Assembly (NCBI RefSeq): GCF_009914755.1
Contig: NC_060947.1
Length of the DNA: 64,000 nt
Source of the DNA: the human T2T-CHM13v2.0 reference genome, Homo sapiens
Direction: 5' to 3' (one strand)
The notes beneath the pieces were generated by a model. The model was given only the letters and a program-made list of their open reading frames with translations. It was not told the DNA's origin and ran no database searches. This document shows positions 17,271 through 29,782 of this stretch, in pieces. The translations under genes and the position numbers were made by a program. Position 1 is the stretch's first letter. Each line of letters starts with the position of its first letter.

Positions 17271-18106
17271 TGTCTTACTATCAAAAAGTTACAAGTTTTT
17301 GTCCCTTTACTTATACTCATGGGATGTCAGTTTACCTATCTGCAAAATTGGATTAGAAATATCTACCTCCTAGTTCTGTTGCAGGAATCAAATGTTTGGC
17401 ATAGCGTGATACACTCCATACAATTTAGCCCCTTTTCTTTGATTTGGCTTTGGTTCAGAGTCACTGTAGACTTAGAATTCCTAGGCTCTTTTATCCCCCA
17501 TGGTAGACCTTTCTCGCTGAAATGTGAATATTCAATCATTTGAACAGCATTTTCATTAATATCATGTGATCACATGTATCATCCCTCCATTTCACCATCC
17601 TCGCTGATATCAATGGTATATTTAGCTCCAACCTTCTCACTCTGCCATAATGTGTTTACATATTTCCTTATTTAGTTTTAGCACTTTACATTTCTATGTG
17701 TTTTCATTACATTTTATCTTCAATGATTAAATCAATGAAGTAATTTCTTCAAGATATAGCAGCACTCTTTATTAGACTTTCAATGTGCAATGAGAAGAGC
17801 ACTGAGATCCCTTCTGGTGTTTGAAAACGTGTCCATTTCACTGACAGACCCCTTCCTTGTTGGAGAAAATCACACATGCTGTGTGTCTGTCTCTTTAATT
17901 TACACCTAGGGTACTCTAGGAGCTGGGAAGAAGGTCATCTGGATAAACTAAACTGATTAGAGATATTTCCAGTCTTCTGGCTGCTTGCCTATGAAAAAGG
18001 TGAGTACCACCCTGCACTTAGACTCTGCAGGACTGTTGAGGAGTAGAAAAGTGAGTACTTACTGCTCTTTTCCAGTCCAGGGCCATTTTGAGACCAGTGC
18101 CCCATG

Positions 18107-18404
18107 CAGTGTTTCTCAATCCTAGTTGCACAACAGTATCACCCAGGAGTTTTAAAAAATCCTGATATTCAGGAACATCAACCTTGAATTCCTGAAATGA
18201 ATCTCACTTGGGTGTGTATTATTCCTACAATATATGTCTGAAATATTTTTCTACTAATTAAAGATTTTAACATTGAAAAAAATCCTGATATTCAAAGCCA
18301 GGTCAATTAAATCTGAATCTCTGAGGCTGGGCTACAGGCATTAGTATTTTATTTTTTTGTAGCTCTCAGGTGATTCAACTGTGCAGTGAAGGTTGAGAAA
18401 CACT
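18107..18404. mobile_element. MER5-type element split by a 105-bp TSD-flanked insertion
   Basis: CAGTGTTTCTCAA...TTGAGAAACACT termini; internal duplication AAAAAATCCTGATATTCA. Confidence 0.75.
18172..18276 (+). other. Orphan retroposed fragment (antisense old-L1-like sequence) with 18-bp TSD
   Basis: Exact repeat AAAAAATCCTGATATTCA at 18154-18171 and 18277-18294; TTTT/AA site; ATTAAA at 18257. Confidence 0.7.
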
Positions 18405-19049
18405 ACTCTAACTCCTTTGGTTCTGTCGAATTTAGTATGACATTAAGATGCTACAGGAAAGTATTAGCACTGATGACTAATAGGTGGGGGAAAAATCAAT
18501 TTGCAAATCTGAATATTTTTCAGTACCCACCTGCTAAGGACAGAGGGATAGGAAATGATGTCTCTTCATCATGCCTTCTAGTTGGAGGGCAATCTGGCAG
18601 CTTTAAAAATCTTTGTTTTAAATAAGGTCATTCAGAGTGCAAATGAATTAGCAGTAATTTTGGGAAAAATAATCTTTTATTTCAACATGTTATTTTCTGA
18701 ACTTTTCAACACGTGCTCACTTTATGTTATTTCAGCTGCCTTGACCTTATTTCTTTTTTGGGGTGGCTTTTTCCAGGTGCCTTTTCTTTCATCAGGGAGT
18801 GGGAGCCTGCTCACAAATCTGGCCCCAGATGTCTCTTATCCTCCAATACCTGCCTTGGGCTGTGCTTCTAGGTTCAGCTGTGAATACAAGTCTAGCAGAC
18901 TTCCCAAGTTTTGAGAAAATTCTGTGTATGCCGTGTATCATTCAGTATGAGAGCTCAGGTGCACCCAGGGCCAATGTTTGTGGTCTGTTGTGAAAGGTAA
19001 TGCCTCTATATCACATATTTTGAGGTAAACCATACTGCTTTTCAGCTGT

Positions 19050-20030
19050 AATGATTTGCTGTCTAAATATTTCTCAAATCCATCTCTTCCTCCTTATCTC
19101 TGAAGCAGGCCTACATGATCTCAAACCTAGATTATTATAAGTCTCCTGAATGATCTTTCTTAAATTGGAGTCATCTAAGATGTTGGCACGGTGGTTGGTC
19201 TCAAATGGAAATCAGTGTCTATTGTTCCTCCCATGCTTAAAATTAACCTTCTAACAGATGGCCTCCAATGATGTCCAAGTGTTTTAACATGTTGTTCAAG
19301 GCCCTGTGTGATCTCCCTTTGTCTACATCTCTACCTTCATTTCTTCTCACTTCTCACCTTGTACTTCATGCTTGGATCTCAGGGCAATTTACCTCACCTA
19401 GCCTTCCCTTTGTCCTTTCTGTCTGCAGTGCCTTTGCCTAACAAACTCCTGCTTTTACAGATTCACTCGAGTGTTACTACCTCTCTCTGGCACTCTCACA
19501 GGAGTAACTACTTCTCTGTGTTCCTAAAACACACTGGACATATTTTGACAATGATATTTACCAGATTGTTTTACACTGATTTCTTTGTGGATCTGACTTT
19601 CCTCTCTTAGTGAGTTATCTCCTTGAAGCAAGGAATTATGCCTTATTCATTTTATTTCCATAGTGCCTGAAGGTAGCTACTCAAAAAAATCTGTTGACTT
19701 AATCACTAGAAGCATGGATATAAATTTTACATTTTCTGTATACAATTAAAATTCTGTGTCTCCTGTTTGAGGCCCCTGGGAAGTCATTTTTCTCAGGTCT
19801 TAATAGGAAGAAAAGCTGAGCTACTCCTGTGAGATAAATTTGTCTTTATCTTATTCATAATAACATCATATAGTTGATCATAACCTTCATCAGACTTCAG
19901 AGTCTTTTCTCTGCCTAGGTGTAAGCTCCCTGAAGGCAGGAACCATATTCCTCCTGATCACTACCGTATTTCCACCCCTAGCTCAGTGCCTGTTACAGAA
20001 AGGATATTTGATACGTATATAGAAATGATA
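19050..20030 (+). mobile_element. L2 remnants
   Basis: Pyrimidine-rich L2 3' region with ends such as TAAGCTCCCTGAAGGCAGGAACC and CTCCTTGAAGCAAGGAATTATG. Confidence 0.6.
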
Positions 20031-20087
20031 AATTTCATCTGAAATTACAAACCATAGTATACAATAGGGGAGGCCAAGAAAGTGACC

Positions 20088-20530
20088 ATCTTAGGTTGGG
20101 TTCCCAAGAAGCAGAGCCTGAGGCAAGGCTTCAGGTAAAAGTGATTTAGTAGAAACTGTTTCTAGGAATAACCACCAAAGCAGGACAAGGAAGGGAAGGT
20201 CAAGTAAGTGTATGCTATCAAGTAATATACCACAGGCAAGGTTCTGGAAACAGTGTAGGTACACTTCAGAGTCTTCTATCCAGTGAGCAAGGGAACTGGA
20301 GTATATTTGTTCTCTCCACTAGTCAGACATGAGTTAGAAGGCTGTGGACGAAGGATATAAATTCTCAGGCATCTCTGGATTTCCATGCACACAGGCAGAG
20401 CAGGTTATGACAGCCGGAGGGCTGCTGGCCAACAAAAGACACACAGGTGCTGGCTGTTGAGAGGAAAAGCACACCCACCAGGAGCAGGTGTGCATGAAAA
20501 TGGTATGAGCACAGCACTGTGAACACATGC
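20088..20530 (-). mobile_element. Old MLT1 LTR
   Basis: TCTTAGGTTGGGTTCCCAAGAAGCAGAGCCTGAG start typical of antisense MLT1H-K. Confidence 0.6.
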
Positions 20531-20954
20531 TATAGTGATTATTATCTAAATCTAGACATGGAAATTTCCTCCAGGACTCTGGATTTCTCAGACCGTGCAG
20601 AGATCATTCATAGACCACTCCTGAAAAATCAAATGGCCTTGACTCGACCTGAAGCACGAAAAGTAGAAAGGAAGGGACCAAAGTTCAGTGAAAGCATTTT
20701 GAATATGGGAAAGTTGTCACATTTCCCTCAGTTATGAAAATCAGGCCCTTCAGTTGGGGGTCATGGGATCACAAGAGTTCCCAAGATGGCTAAGCTCATG
20801 TTTTAAAGCAAGGGATTCACCTGTTCTCCCATAGAGTAAAAACCCCTGGCTTGGAGCACGGAGACCATGTGGTATAAATAATCTCTGTTAGGAAGCCATT
20901 GAGTATATGAAAATCTAATAACTTTACTCGTTGCAGTCAGTTTTACTTCCTAGG

Positions 20955-21100
20955 CCATATGAATCACTTGGTCATTATGTTAAAATGCAGATTCTGATTT
21001 AGCAGGTCCTGGGAGGAACCTGAGATTCTGTATTTCTACATGCTTCCAGGTGATACTGATATTGCTGGTCCAAGGATCACACTTGGAGTAGCAATGTTCT
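20955..21100. mobile_element. MER5 fragment
   Basis: TGTTAAAATGCAGATTCTGATT...CCAGGTGATACTGAT...CACACTTGGAGTAGCA. Confidence 0.7.
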
Positions 21101-21984
21101 GAGGCACAGTTAAAAATGAAAATACAACACAACAAAACCCACCACTAAATATGTGACTTGATGTTTAAAAAGAAAGAAAACTGAAAGAGGCTGCCACCAC
21201 CTCTTTTTTAGCTTTATTCAGTTTTGCAGATAGAGCTGATATTCTTGTTTTCCAGAAGAACTTTAAAAAATATGTTCTCAGGGGACCAGTAATATATGGA
21301 TTTAAAATCCACTTAGTGCACCATTTGCTAATCTGTCCCCTCCCCAAATGGACAAAGTGAGTTATTAAGGTTATTCTTTTAGCAAATTGTGTTTTACAGC
21401 CTCCACGTTACCCATCTGCAAGGCCTCAGAGATGGTAATGATGCAAAAGAAGCCTTGAAGTTTGCCTTCTTCAATGTGGGTAAAGGCTCATGTGGATGAA
21501 GCTTATGCGGGTTGGACTTCAGGCTATTTTCATAGGAGCTACTTTGCTTTCTGACTCAGATACCAGAGAATAAATTCTGCATCATGTTGGTGACAACTGT
21601 AGGATGTGACTGGGTTGATAGGTGCTCATTATAATGGGTAATTAAGTCTAAAGGCAGGAAAGCTGACCATAAGCCACATATTATTCCTAGTTCCTCTAAA
21701 TTCTGCCACTCCTAAGCCCACTTGCAGGCTTTTGTCTCTTTTCCATAAACATTGATCACAGTGGGTTGAGCCACAGCTATTGTACATGGAGAGGACAAAT
21801 ATGCCTATTTTTCCCGAGGCTCTTCTCAGAAACAGGCTTATGTAGAGAACAGAAGGGCATTGAAGCCACCTGAAGTGGGGAGAGATAAAGAGAACAGACC
21901 ATGACTCATAGATTTGAGCAGATAAGCCCAATTATTTGGCTGGGGAGTTTGCTGGATTTTCTGTGCCAACTTGTCCCAGCACTA

Positions 21985-22410
21985 TTGCCATCTAAGGCTG
22001 GGAACTATATTTCCCAGAAAATTCTTTCCTGTATAATTCTGGATTAAATTTTTCCAGTGACAGGTATTTTTGTGAAATTTGGAAGGTGGAAATACAAGGT
22101 ATAACTGTAGAGCTAACATATAGCAGCTTTGTGAAATGCAGTGGGTTTTGCTGATTCGGCAGCTAAAGATCTCTCTACAAGCTCCTATTTTGGTGGCCAG
22201 AATAGTGGCTTCCTGGATTTCCTCACTTCCTGCTTCTTGGCCCACTTCAGTGCTTCTGGTGAAGTCCTTAAACCTTCCATTCTCTGGCTACAGCCCCTTC
22301 TGTACCTTCACTTCTGCAACTTCTCCCATGTTCATATGAGTCCTGATTTTTATGTTAAACTCCTTATTCTGGTAATAAATGTGGTGCTGCTGTTTTCCTG
22401 ACTAAACCCA
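21985..22410 (+). mobile_element. Old ERVL LTR (LTR16/LTR33-like)
   Basis: GCTGGGAACTATATTTCCCAGAA motif and TTTCCTGACTAAACC end. Confidence 0.45.
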
Positions 22411-22449
22411 CATGGGCACAGGAGTTCTTAAATTTATTGGGTTTCTAGT

Positions 22450-22550
22450 GGATTAGCAAGCTATTTAAATGTTTTGATGGACTTGGGACAAATGGGGAGA
22501 AGAGCACTCACTCACAAGTTTATCAAAACATTTAAATAGCTTTCTAGTCT
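22450..22550. repeat. Long inverted repeat / hairpin
   Basis: AAGCTATTTAAATGTTTTGAT (22458-22478) is the exact reverse complement of 22522-22542; the stem extends both ways with G-U pairs. Confidence 0.9.
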
Positions 22551-22604
22551 GCCAGAAATCCAATCAATTTGACAACTCTTGTGCCTATGGAGGTTTAGGG
22601 CCAG

Positions 22605-23030
22605 AAGTGTCACAGATTGCATCCCTGGAGAAGCAGACCCTGAGATGGAGTTTAGTAGGCAGGTTGTTAAAAAGTGCCTGTGGGATCAACACTTGTGGAA
22701 GGGAGGGAAAGGAAGCAGATGTGGGTAAAAGAGAAGTTAACTGCAATGCAGGCCAGGGGAAGCTGTGGCAAACTCCATGAGGAGGTCTGGAGGATATAGG
22801 GTTCATCATGGTTGTCCCAGTTATGGCCAAGCTTCAATAGTCCAGCACTAATCAGTCATTGGATATAGGCCACTGCAGGAAGGAGCATGAACTTGGGCAA
22901 GGGGGCTCTCTTCTTGTGAAGCAGGACATGAAAGGGCTGCCAGCCAAAGGCTGGTATGACAGTGCTCCCAGGAGCTGGGGCAATGAGTGCTTCTTTGAAG
23001 GGGAATCTGAACGACACATCTTAGGTTCAC
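22605..23030 (-). mobile_element. Old MLT1 LTR
   Basis: GAAGCAGACCCTGAGATGGAG...GGGATCAACACTTGTGGAAGG. Confidence 0.65.
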
Positions 23031-23749
23031 CCCAAGAAGTAAGTTAGGCTGAGTTCTAAATCAGTGTTGGAGCTGGAGTTGGGAGTGGGGAAAGGAGAAT
23101 GACATTTGTGGTAGAGTGAGTAACATGCTTAAAGGCTTGACATTTCAAAAAACAAAGAGTCCCATCTGACTGAAGCATGAGGTGAAAGAGATTTAGGCAC
23201 ATTCCAGAAAGACAAAACATGATTCTTGGAAAATCAGGATCTGGATCCAGATGTTGAGCATGTCTGTGGTCTACTTGTTTCTGGGTCACTGGAGTAAAAG
23301 TTAAGTCTTTCTGGAGGCCAACCCAGACCATCAGTCCCACCTTTGTCAACTCCAAGCTTGCTACATCACTTCACATTTCCAAGTTCTCTCAACCATGGAG
23401 TGTAGTAGGCACAGGGCCACTATCCTTGGTGAATTCCTCCAAATTCAATGTGTTTCTTCATCTTCCTGATTAGCTGCCTGTCTCTGATCCTGTGCTTCCT
23501 AACGAGGACCACCCCAGGATGTGGCTCTTTTGTTGCAGTTCCTCAGTGTTTTCTGGACTTCTTTGTTTCATCGTAAGCAGGCTCCTTTTCTGTCTCTTAT
23601 AATTTCCTTCAGCTTTTGCTGACAACCACACTTTCTTTTAATTAAAGATATTTTCCCCTGATGCAGTGCAAGAGTTCTCACTGCCTTGCTTGGTCTAAGC
23701 CTCTCCTAGTGTCATTTTATCTCACTCATTTCCTTAGACACAAACGTAT

Positions 23750-23900
23750 GTCATGTAGTGGAAAGAATATGTGCTTTGGATTCAGATGGACCTGGATCAG
23801 AATCCCAGGAGCCTCACTTTCTACTGATGTGATCTTGGGCAATTTCTTTAACTTCTCTGAGTCTCAGTTTACTTATTTGTAAAATAGGGAGGGATATTAC
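23750..23900 (+). mobile_element. MIR
   Basis: GTGATCTTGGGCAATTTCTTTAACTTCTCTGAGTCTCAGTTT core. Confidence 0.75.
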
Positions 23901-24605
23901 AAATATGGCATAAAACACGATGAGTTAATGTCCCTTTCCCTTTATAACCCAGAGTTTTAGAAACTGACCCTGAACTTGGGCTAGATGAGGAGGGCCTCTC
24001 CTTTTCTTGAGAGCTATTGGCCCTGTTGCTTTTGTCTTGCTTGTTTTCCTTCTCTCAATGGCCATCAGCAGAGTGCAGCTCACTTTCTCTGTTGGAGTTC
24101 ATATTACCAGCTTTCTGACATTAATCTTAGCTGCATCACTCAGTTGTCTTTATTCCCCCGTCCAGTTCTGCTAACAGAATTACTTCAGGCATTTCCTAAT
24201 CTTTGTGCGTAATCAGTAACTCTAGACATAAGCAGCACTAACTCTCCAAATGAGACATGCACTACCCAAGTAGTACTTCAAGTCTTGTGGAAGGAGAGAG
24301 AACATGTTTGTATTCTACAACCAGATAGGCCATGATGGTTCTAATTGGCCCTCCTGAGTGTTCTTGCCAGGTAATGTTCTTCAGAGTACTGCGAAATTAC
24401 AGTCTAATTGAATTTCCCCTCTGATCCATTTACAGATTTTTATAAATGCAGTCTGGACAGATCAATGTTAATAGCTGCTGGTGCTTTGAAGCTAGACAAG
24501 TGGGAAAAACAAACTGGAGCTTTACTTTTCATGGGTATTGTTTAGATTTCCTTGGCACATTTCAGAGGATGCTGAAGCTGCAATTGAATCTTACTTCTTG
24601 CTGCT

Positions 24606-25075
24606 TTTATTAGTCATGGATTTCCAGAGAAACAGAACCAAGAGGCGATTGATTGATTGACTATAAGGAATTGACTCATGTGATTATGGAGACTTGAGAA
24701 GTCCCAAGATCTGTAGGTAGCAAGCTGCAGACCCAGGAGAGCCCATAGTGTAAGTTCTAGTCCAAAAGCCAGCAGGCTCAAGACTCAAGAGGAGTTGATT
24801 TTTCAGTGTAAGTCCAAAGGCAGGAAATGACCAATGTCCCAGCTGAAGTCACCAGGAGGAGTTTCCTCTTACTCTGACTTTTTGTTCTATTCAGGTCTTC
24901 AACTGCTTGAATGAGGCCCACTCGCATTAGGAAGAGCAATCAGCCTTTTTCAGCCTACTGATTCAGACATTAATCTTATCCAAAAGCACCCTCACAGGCA
25001 TATCCAGAATAATGTTTGACAAAATGTCTGGGTACCCTGTGGCCCAGTCAAGTTGACACAAAATTAATTATCACA
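24606..25075 (-). mobile_element. MLT2 solo LTR
   Basis: CAGAGAAACAGAACC start; CCCAGTCAAGTTGACACAAAATTAATTATCACA end. Confidence 0.8.
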
Positions 25076-25443
25076 CTACTTCACTCCCACCCCAGTAGTG
25101 GCAATTGCTTATGGAAAGTTTTCTCCCATGAGAGAAAGCCTTTTCTTTAAGTTGCAGGTGAGTTAAAAGTAAGCCTACCTTTAAAATATTCTTTGCTAAT
25201 TAGAATTGAACCAGCAACATCATTTGCACAATCACTTCTGTTAGCATGGATGACTAATGCTTACCAATAGACAGGCAGCTTTGACTCCCCACCAGTTGTT
25301 GTTTTCTTATTTGCATGTCTACTGTGGAGACTGCATACTGGGAGTGATTAGAAGTCAATTGACTAATTCTCATCGGAAATATAACCATCAATGTGTCCTT
25401 TGAGATAATCTCTGTTAGGGGACTTTTAGTTGAAATTGGGAGA

Positions 25444-25981
25444 TGTGGTAGATTACATTAATGGCTCCATTCTTCACCTCTTTCTGTATCCATGTCCTTT
25501 ACTCATACCTTTGCTGTTTCTCCTATTAAAGAGACAGCATCTCTTTCCCTACTCTTTGAATCTCAGCTCAGTCATGTGACTCGTATTGGTCAATAGAATG
25601 AGATAGGAATTATGGTGTGCTAGTTCGGAGCTTGAGCCCCCAGAGCTTTCTGTGTTTTTGATAGCTCTTTCATACTTCTGTCATCAATGTGAGAAAAATA
25701 CACTCAGGACATCTCACTGGTCCCAAGAGGTGGATGAGAGATACATGAAACAGACCTCTCCCCTAAGGTGCTTAGCCTAGTGCATCCTAGAATAGAGTCT
25801 CCAGATGACCTGCAGACATATGAGCAGACCAGTCAACCTGCAGATGCATGAGCAAGTCCAGCCAAGGTCAGATGACACATGACCTATCCTTTATTATGTG
25901 AGTTGTAATAATAAAGTGAACGTTCTTTCAAGTCACTCAGTTTTGGAGTGGTATGTTATGCAGCAATAGCTAACTGCTACA
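25444..25981 (+). mobile_element. MLT1 (F/G/H-like) LTR
   Basis: TGTGGTAG start; TTTTGGAGTGGTATGTTATGCAGCAATAGCTAACTG end. Confidence 0.7.
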
Positions 25982-26288
25982 AGAGTGCTATTTTATACTC
26001 TGTGCTTCAGGAGTGGGGATTTCGAGTCAGTGTGCAATGGTCAATTTTTGTTTTATATTGCTTTCCTGGATTAGACACACATTTATCATCTGCATTTTTT
26101 TGGTCAATTATGATACTGCTGCTTGATCAACAGCTTTGTTCTCTCTCTCTCTGTTACTGCCTCTTTCTCTTCCTCCTTCCTCTATTTTTATATTTTGAGC
26201 ACAAACACTAATTTCCTATCCTCCCTTGCAGTCATGTGTTGCCATGTGATGATTTAAAGCCATGGAATATATGTCTCTGTACCAGGCC

Positions 26289-26645
26289 TGTATTAGTCTG
26301 TTCTCATGCTGCTATGAAGAAATACCCGAGACTGGGTACTTTATAAAGGAAAGAGGTTTAATTGACTTACAGTTCTGCATGGCTGAGGAGGCCTCAGGAA
26401 ACTTACAATCATGGTGGAAGGCACCTCTTCATAGGGCTGCAGGAGAGAGAATGAGTGCCGAGCAAAGGGGGAAGCCCCTCATGAAACCATCAGATCTCAT
26501 GATAACTCACTCACTATCACGAGAACAGCATGAAGGAAACCTCCCCCATTATTCAATTATCCCCACCTTGGCCAGCCCTTGACATGTGGGGATTATTACA
26601 TTTCAAGGTGAGATTTGGGTGGGGACACAGAGCCAAATCATATCA
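26289..26645 (-). mobile_element. THE1 (THE1D-like) solo LTR nested in an older MLT1
   Basis: TGTATTAGTCTGTTCTCATGCTGCT...GGGGACACAGAGCCAAATCATATCA; TSD AGGCC/AGGTC. Confidence 0.9.
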
Positions 26646-27899
26646 AGGTCTGATCATCAAAACCTCCTCTCTCTCTCTCTCTCTCTTCACACTCCCACCC
26701 CTTGTCTACTGGCTGGATGTTGATATTCAAGGACCTTAAAAGCCATATGTAAATTTGTCAAGGTCTATGTCATCCTGGTTCCTGAATAACTGCAGGAGTA
26801 GTGCCCCCTTCTGCCTAGGAGGAACAATAATATTGGACTGCTGTGTCAATGAGAACTAAATTTTAGGATGTTATACCACTGAAATGTTAAAATTCATTTG
26901 TTAGAGAGCTACCTTTACTAATATGCCAGTTAAATAGTTATGCTCAGGAAAACTTGCACTTTTGCTTTTATCTCCCTCTTCCCCACTCCCCTGTTAGTAT
27001 ATTACATATGAATTTTAGATCTTATTCAATATATTGATGTCCAATATGCTGATGGAAAAGGATGGGTATGAAATATTTAGTTTTGAAATCTTGAATCATA
27101 CCCAGATACTACCCCACGTATGTGCTGGGTACGTACTGAGTCCTAAATATTGTAATATATCAAGAGCTTGTGAGCAGAAGGTAAGTAGAGACCTCAGAGA
27201 ACAAGCATTTCTGAATTAGGAGGTGATCAGCAAGCTGACCCTAATAATTATGTTTTTCTGGGATTGGCAAAAGGGTGAGGCTAAGGGATTTTGAAACATG
27301 ACAGTATGAAAACATACAGTTTTGTTCAAGATGTATTCCTTGTGAGTGAGGTTGCTAAAACTCCTGATTTTGATCCCGTGATAAGTACAATAAGCCAATA
27401 TCAATGCACTTTCCTAAGTTATTGAGCCAGCCCAGATTCTCTTTTCTCTCTACCTCTGCAAGATCTCATTGTACTTCTCAAAGGGGATTCTATTTCCAGT
27501 TAAATACAGCCGACTTGACATTCACTGCATTGTCACAAACAGGTGCATTTGGAAGATAAGCCCAGTAGTATTTCATTTTTCTCTCTCTTGTTTGGATGCT
27601 GCCCTTCAATGAAAATGGAAAACTTCCTCTGTCTCTGTTAACAAAAGGCCTGTTTTCCTTGCCTTCCCCTCTGCATTAGAAAACACCAGATGTGTGTGAG
27701 GCAGTGGGAGGTCCAGTGCAGTTCTAGGATGGCTAGTCATTAGAAAGCAGTGAAAAGGAGTCTGAAAACCCAGCTTCCCAAATAATCCCAAACAAAACCT
27801 TTGTTTTCTTAACTACAAAGCTAATTTCTTACCAAATATAGTAGCAGCTATTTCCAATTAGAACTACAAACTAGAATATGTTGGAGATAGTATAGTGGG

Positions 27900-28183
27900 T
27901 ATCTTGTCCATTTTCTGTTGCTGTAACAGAATACCACAGACCGAATAATCTATAAAGAAAAGCTTATTTGGCTCACAGTTCTGGAAGCTCACTTTTATAA
28001 CAAAGCCACTCCCTCAACAAATCACCCACTCCCTCAATAAAGACATTAATCCATTCACGAGGGTGGAGCCCCCATGACCTAATTACCTCTTAAAGGCCCC
28101 ACCCTCTCATCACTGCTGCTTTGGGCATTAAGTTTCCAACACTTTGAAACTTTGAACTTAGGGAGATATATTCAAACCATAAC
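27900..28183 (-). mobile_element. MST LTR with internal deletion
   Basis: TTGCTGTAACAGAATACCACAGAC...GCTCACAGTTCTGG jumps to CATTAATCCATTCACGAGGG...CAAACCATAACA. Confidence 0.7.
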
Positions 28184-28349
28184 AAGGGCTCACCATGATT
28201 TTTTAATTATAGTAACTGTACTCCACTGGAAATGAAAGGATGCATTTTGCTATGTGAATTAGGGATATTGTAAATAATCTTTTCATATCACTGAAAAAAT
28301 TCATACTCTTTTCTACTAGAATATGTGTATGCATCTATCTCTTCATACA

Positions 28350-28535
28350 GTGTTCTTTTTATAATAACACAAGTCATATTGGATTAGGGGCCTGTCCTAC
28401 TTTAGTATGACTCATCTTAACTAATTATATCTGCAACAACCCTACTTCCAAATCAGATCACATTCTGAGGTGCCGGGTTTTAAAACTTCAACATATGCAT
28501 TTTTGGGGAAGGGGGGGATCACAATTCAACCTATA
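28350..28535 (-). mobile_element. MLT1A-C-like LTR fragment
   Basis: GTCATATTGGATTAGGG...TCACATTCTGAGG...CACAATTCAACC. Confidence 0.65.
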
Positions 28536-29409
28536 GTAGATAGTATCTATCTCAGTAGGCTGTGAAGATTAAATAAAATGATGTCTAAAAAATGTTATCA
28601 TGGGACTTCCGTGGAGTAGTGCCATGGTTCAGAAATGTTCACTCTTATTATTATTATTATTATTGAGAGTTTGCATTTTGTTGACTGGAAATGGCAGAAA
28701 ATACCAAATTTTAGTCATTTTAAGAAAAGTAAGCTGGTTGGCCTCTATCTCCTCAATCTTAACTTTCCATTCTTTCTGCTGCTCCAGGTCAGTGAGAATA
28801 GTCAGAGATGGCTGGGGACAGTCCCATCCAGGGCATCACAGTGGGAAGCTCCAGACATTCAAAAGGCTGCACTTCCATTGATTATTTCTTTGAAGGAGGT
28901 ATATATGACATGACCATTTGAGATGAAATCCACTTCAGACTTGGTGAATTGATTTCTATTTGGCTCCCATTGTACGTGACTTTGAGCAAATTAACCAACC
29001 ACTAAAAGTCCTTCTAGGAAATCATAATGCTGGAAAGGAACTTAAACAATAAATTTTATTTTAACAAGTTTATTCAGGTTCACAGTCACAGCCACTCCAG
29101 ACACATGAGAATCAATTTCATTTCAAGGGAAGTCTAGGGAAGGAGATTTTGTACCCTCTCTCGTTGTCAGCAAATGTTAAATTTAATCTAAAACCCTCAA
29201 CTTTGGTTTAAACACAAGTTTTGTTCGTTTGTTCCCAGTTTACAAACAGAATAACTGGTCACTGTAAATTGTATTAGTCCTCTAGGTACACGAGTTGTTT
29301 CTTCTGTTTTGGGGGTCTCCTCTCTTTATACTACTGGCCATCTATTCACTCAGTTGGTATATATATATATATGTATGTATGAGTTGCACACATCTTCATT
29401 TCCAGGCTT

Positions 29410-29782
29410 CCTTCCTTCCACTCTCCATCCCCTCCCTCTTCCCTTCCCTTTCCTTCCCTTCCCTCCTCTCCTCTCCTCTTTTCTTTCTTTCTCTTTCTTT
29501 CTTTCTTTCCTTCTTTCTTTTTCTTTCTCTTTCTCTCTTTCCCTTCCTCCCTCCCTCCCTTCCTTCCTTCCTTCCTTCCTTCCTTCCTCCCTTCCTTCCT
29601 TCCTTCCTTCCTTCCTCTCTCTCTCTTTCTTTTATTAGAGATGGGGTCTTTCTCTGTTGCCCAGGCTGGAGTGCAGTGGCATAATTATGGCTCACAGCAA
29701 CCTCGAACTCCTGGGCTCAAGCAATCCTCCTGTCTCTGCCTCCTGAGTAGTGGGATTACAGGCACACACCACCATGCCTGGC
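29410..29782 (-). mobile_element. Alu monomer (FRAM/AluJ right arm, 29630-29782) with an expanded (CCTT/CTTT)n polypyrimidine tail
   Basis: CTCGAACTCCTGGGCTCAAGCAATCCTCC monomer; ~220-bp C/T tract on its tail side. Confidence 0.85.

Noticed and set aside
17910-17999. Possible 90-nt exon ending AAG/GTGAGT
   Set aside because: Stops in all three frames and no independent support; such signals are common
23239-23252. Perfect 14-bp palindrome ATCTGGATCCAGAT
   Set aside because: A few palindromes of this size are expected by chance in 64 kb
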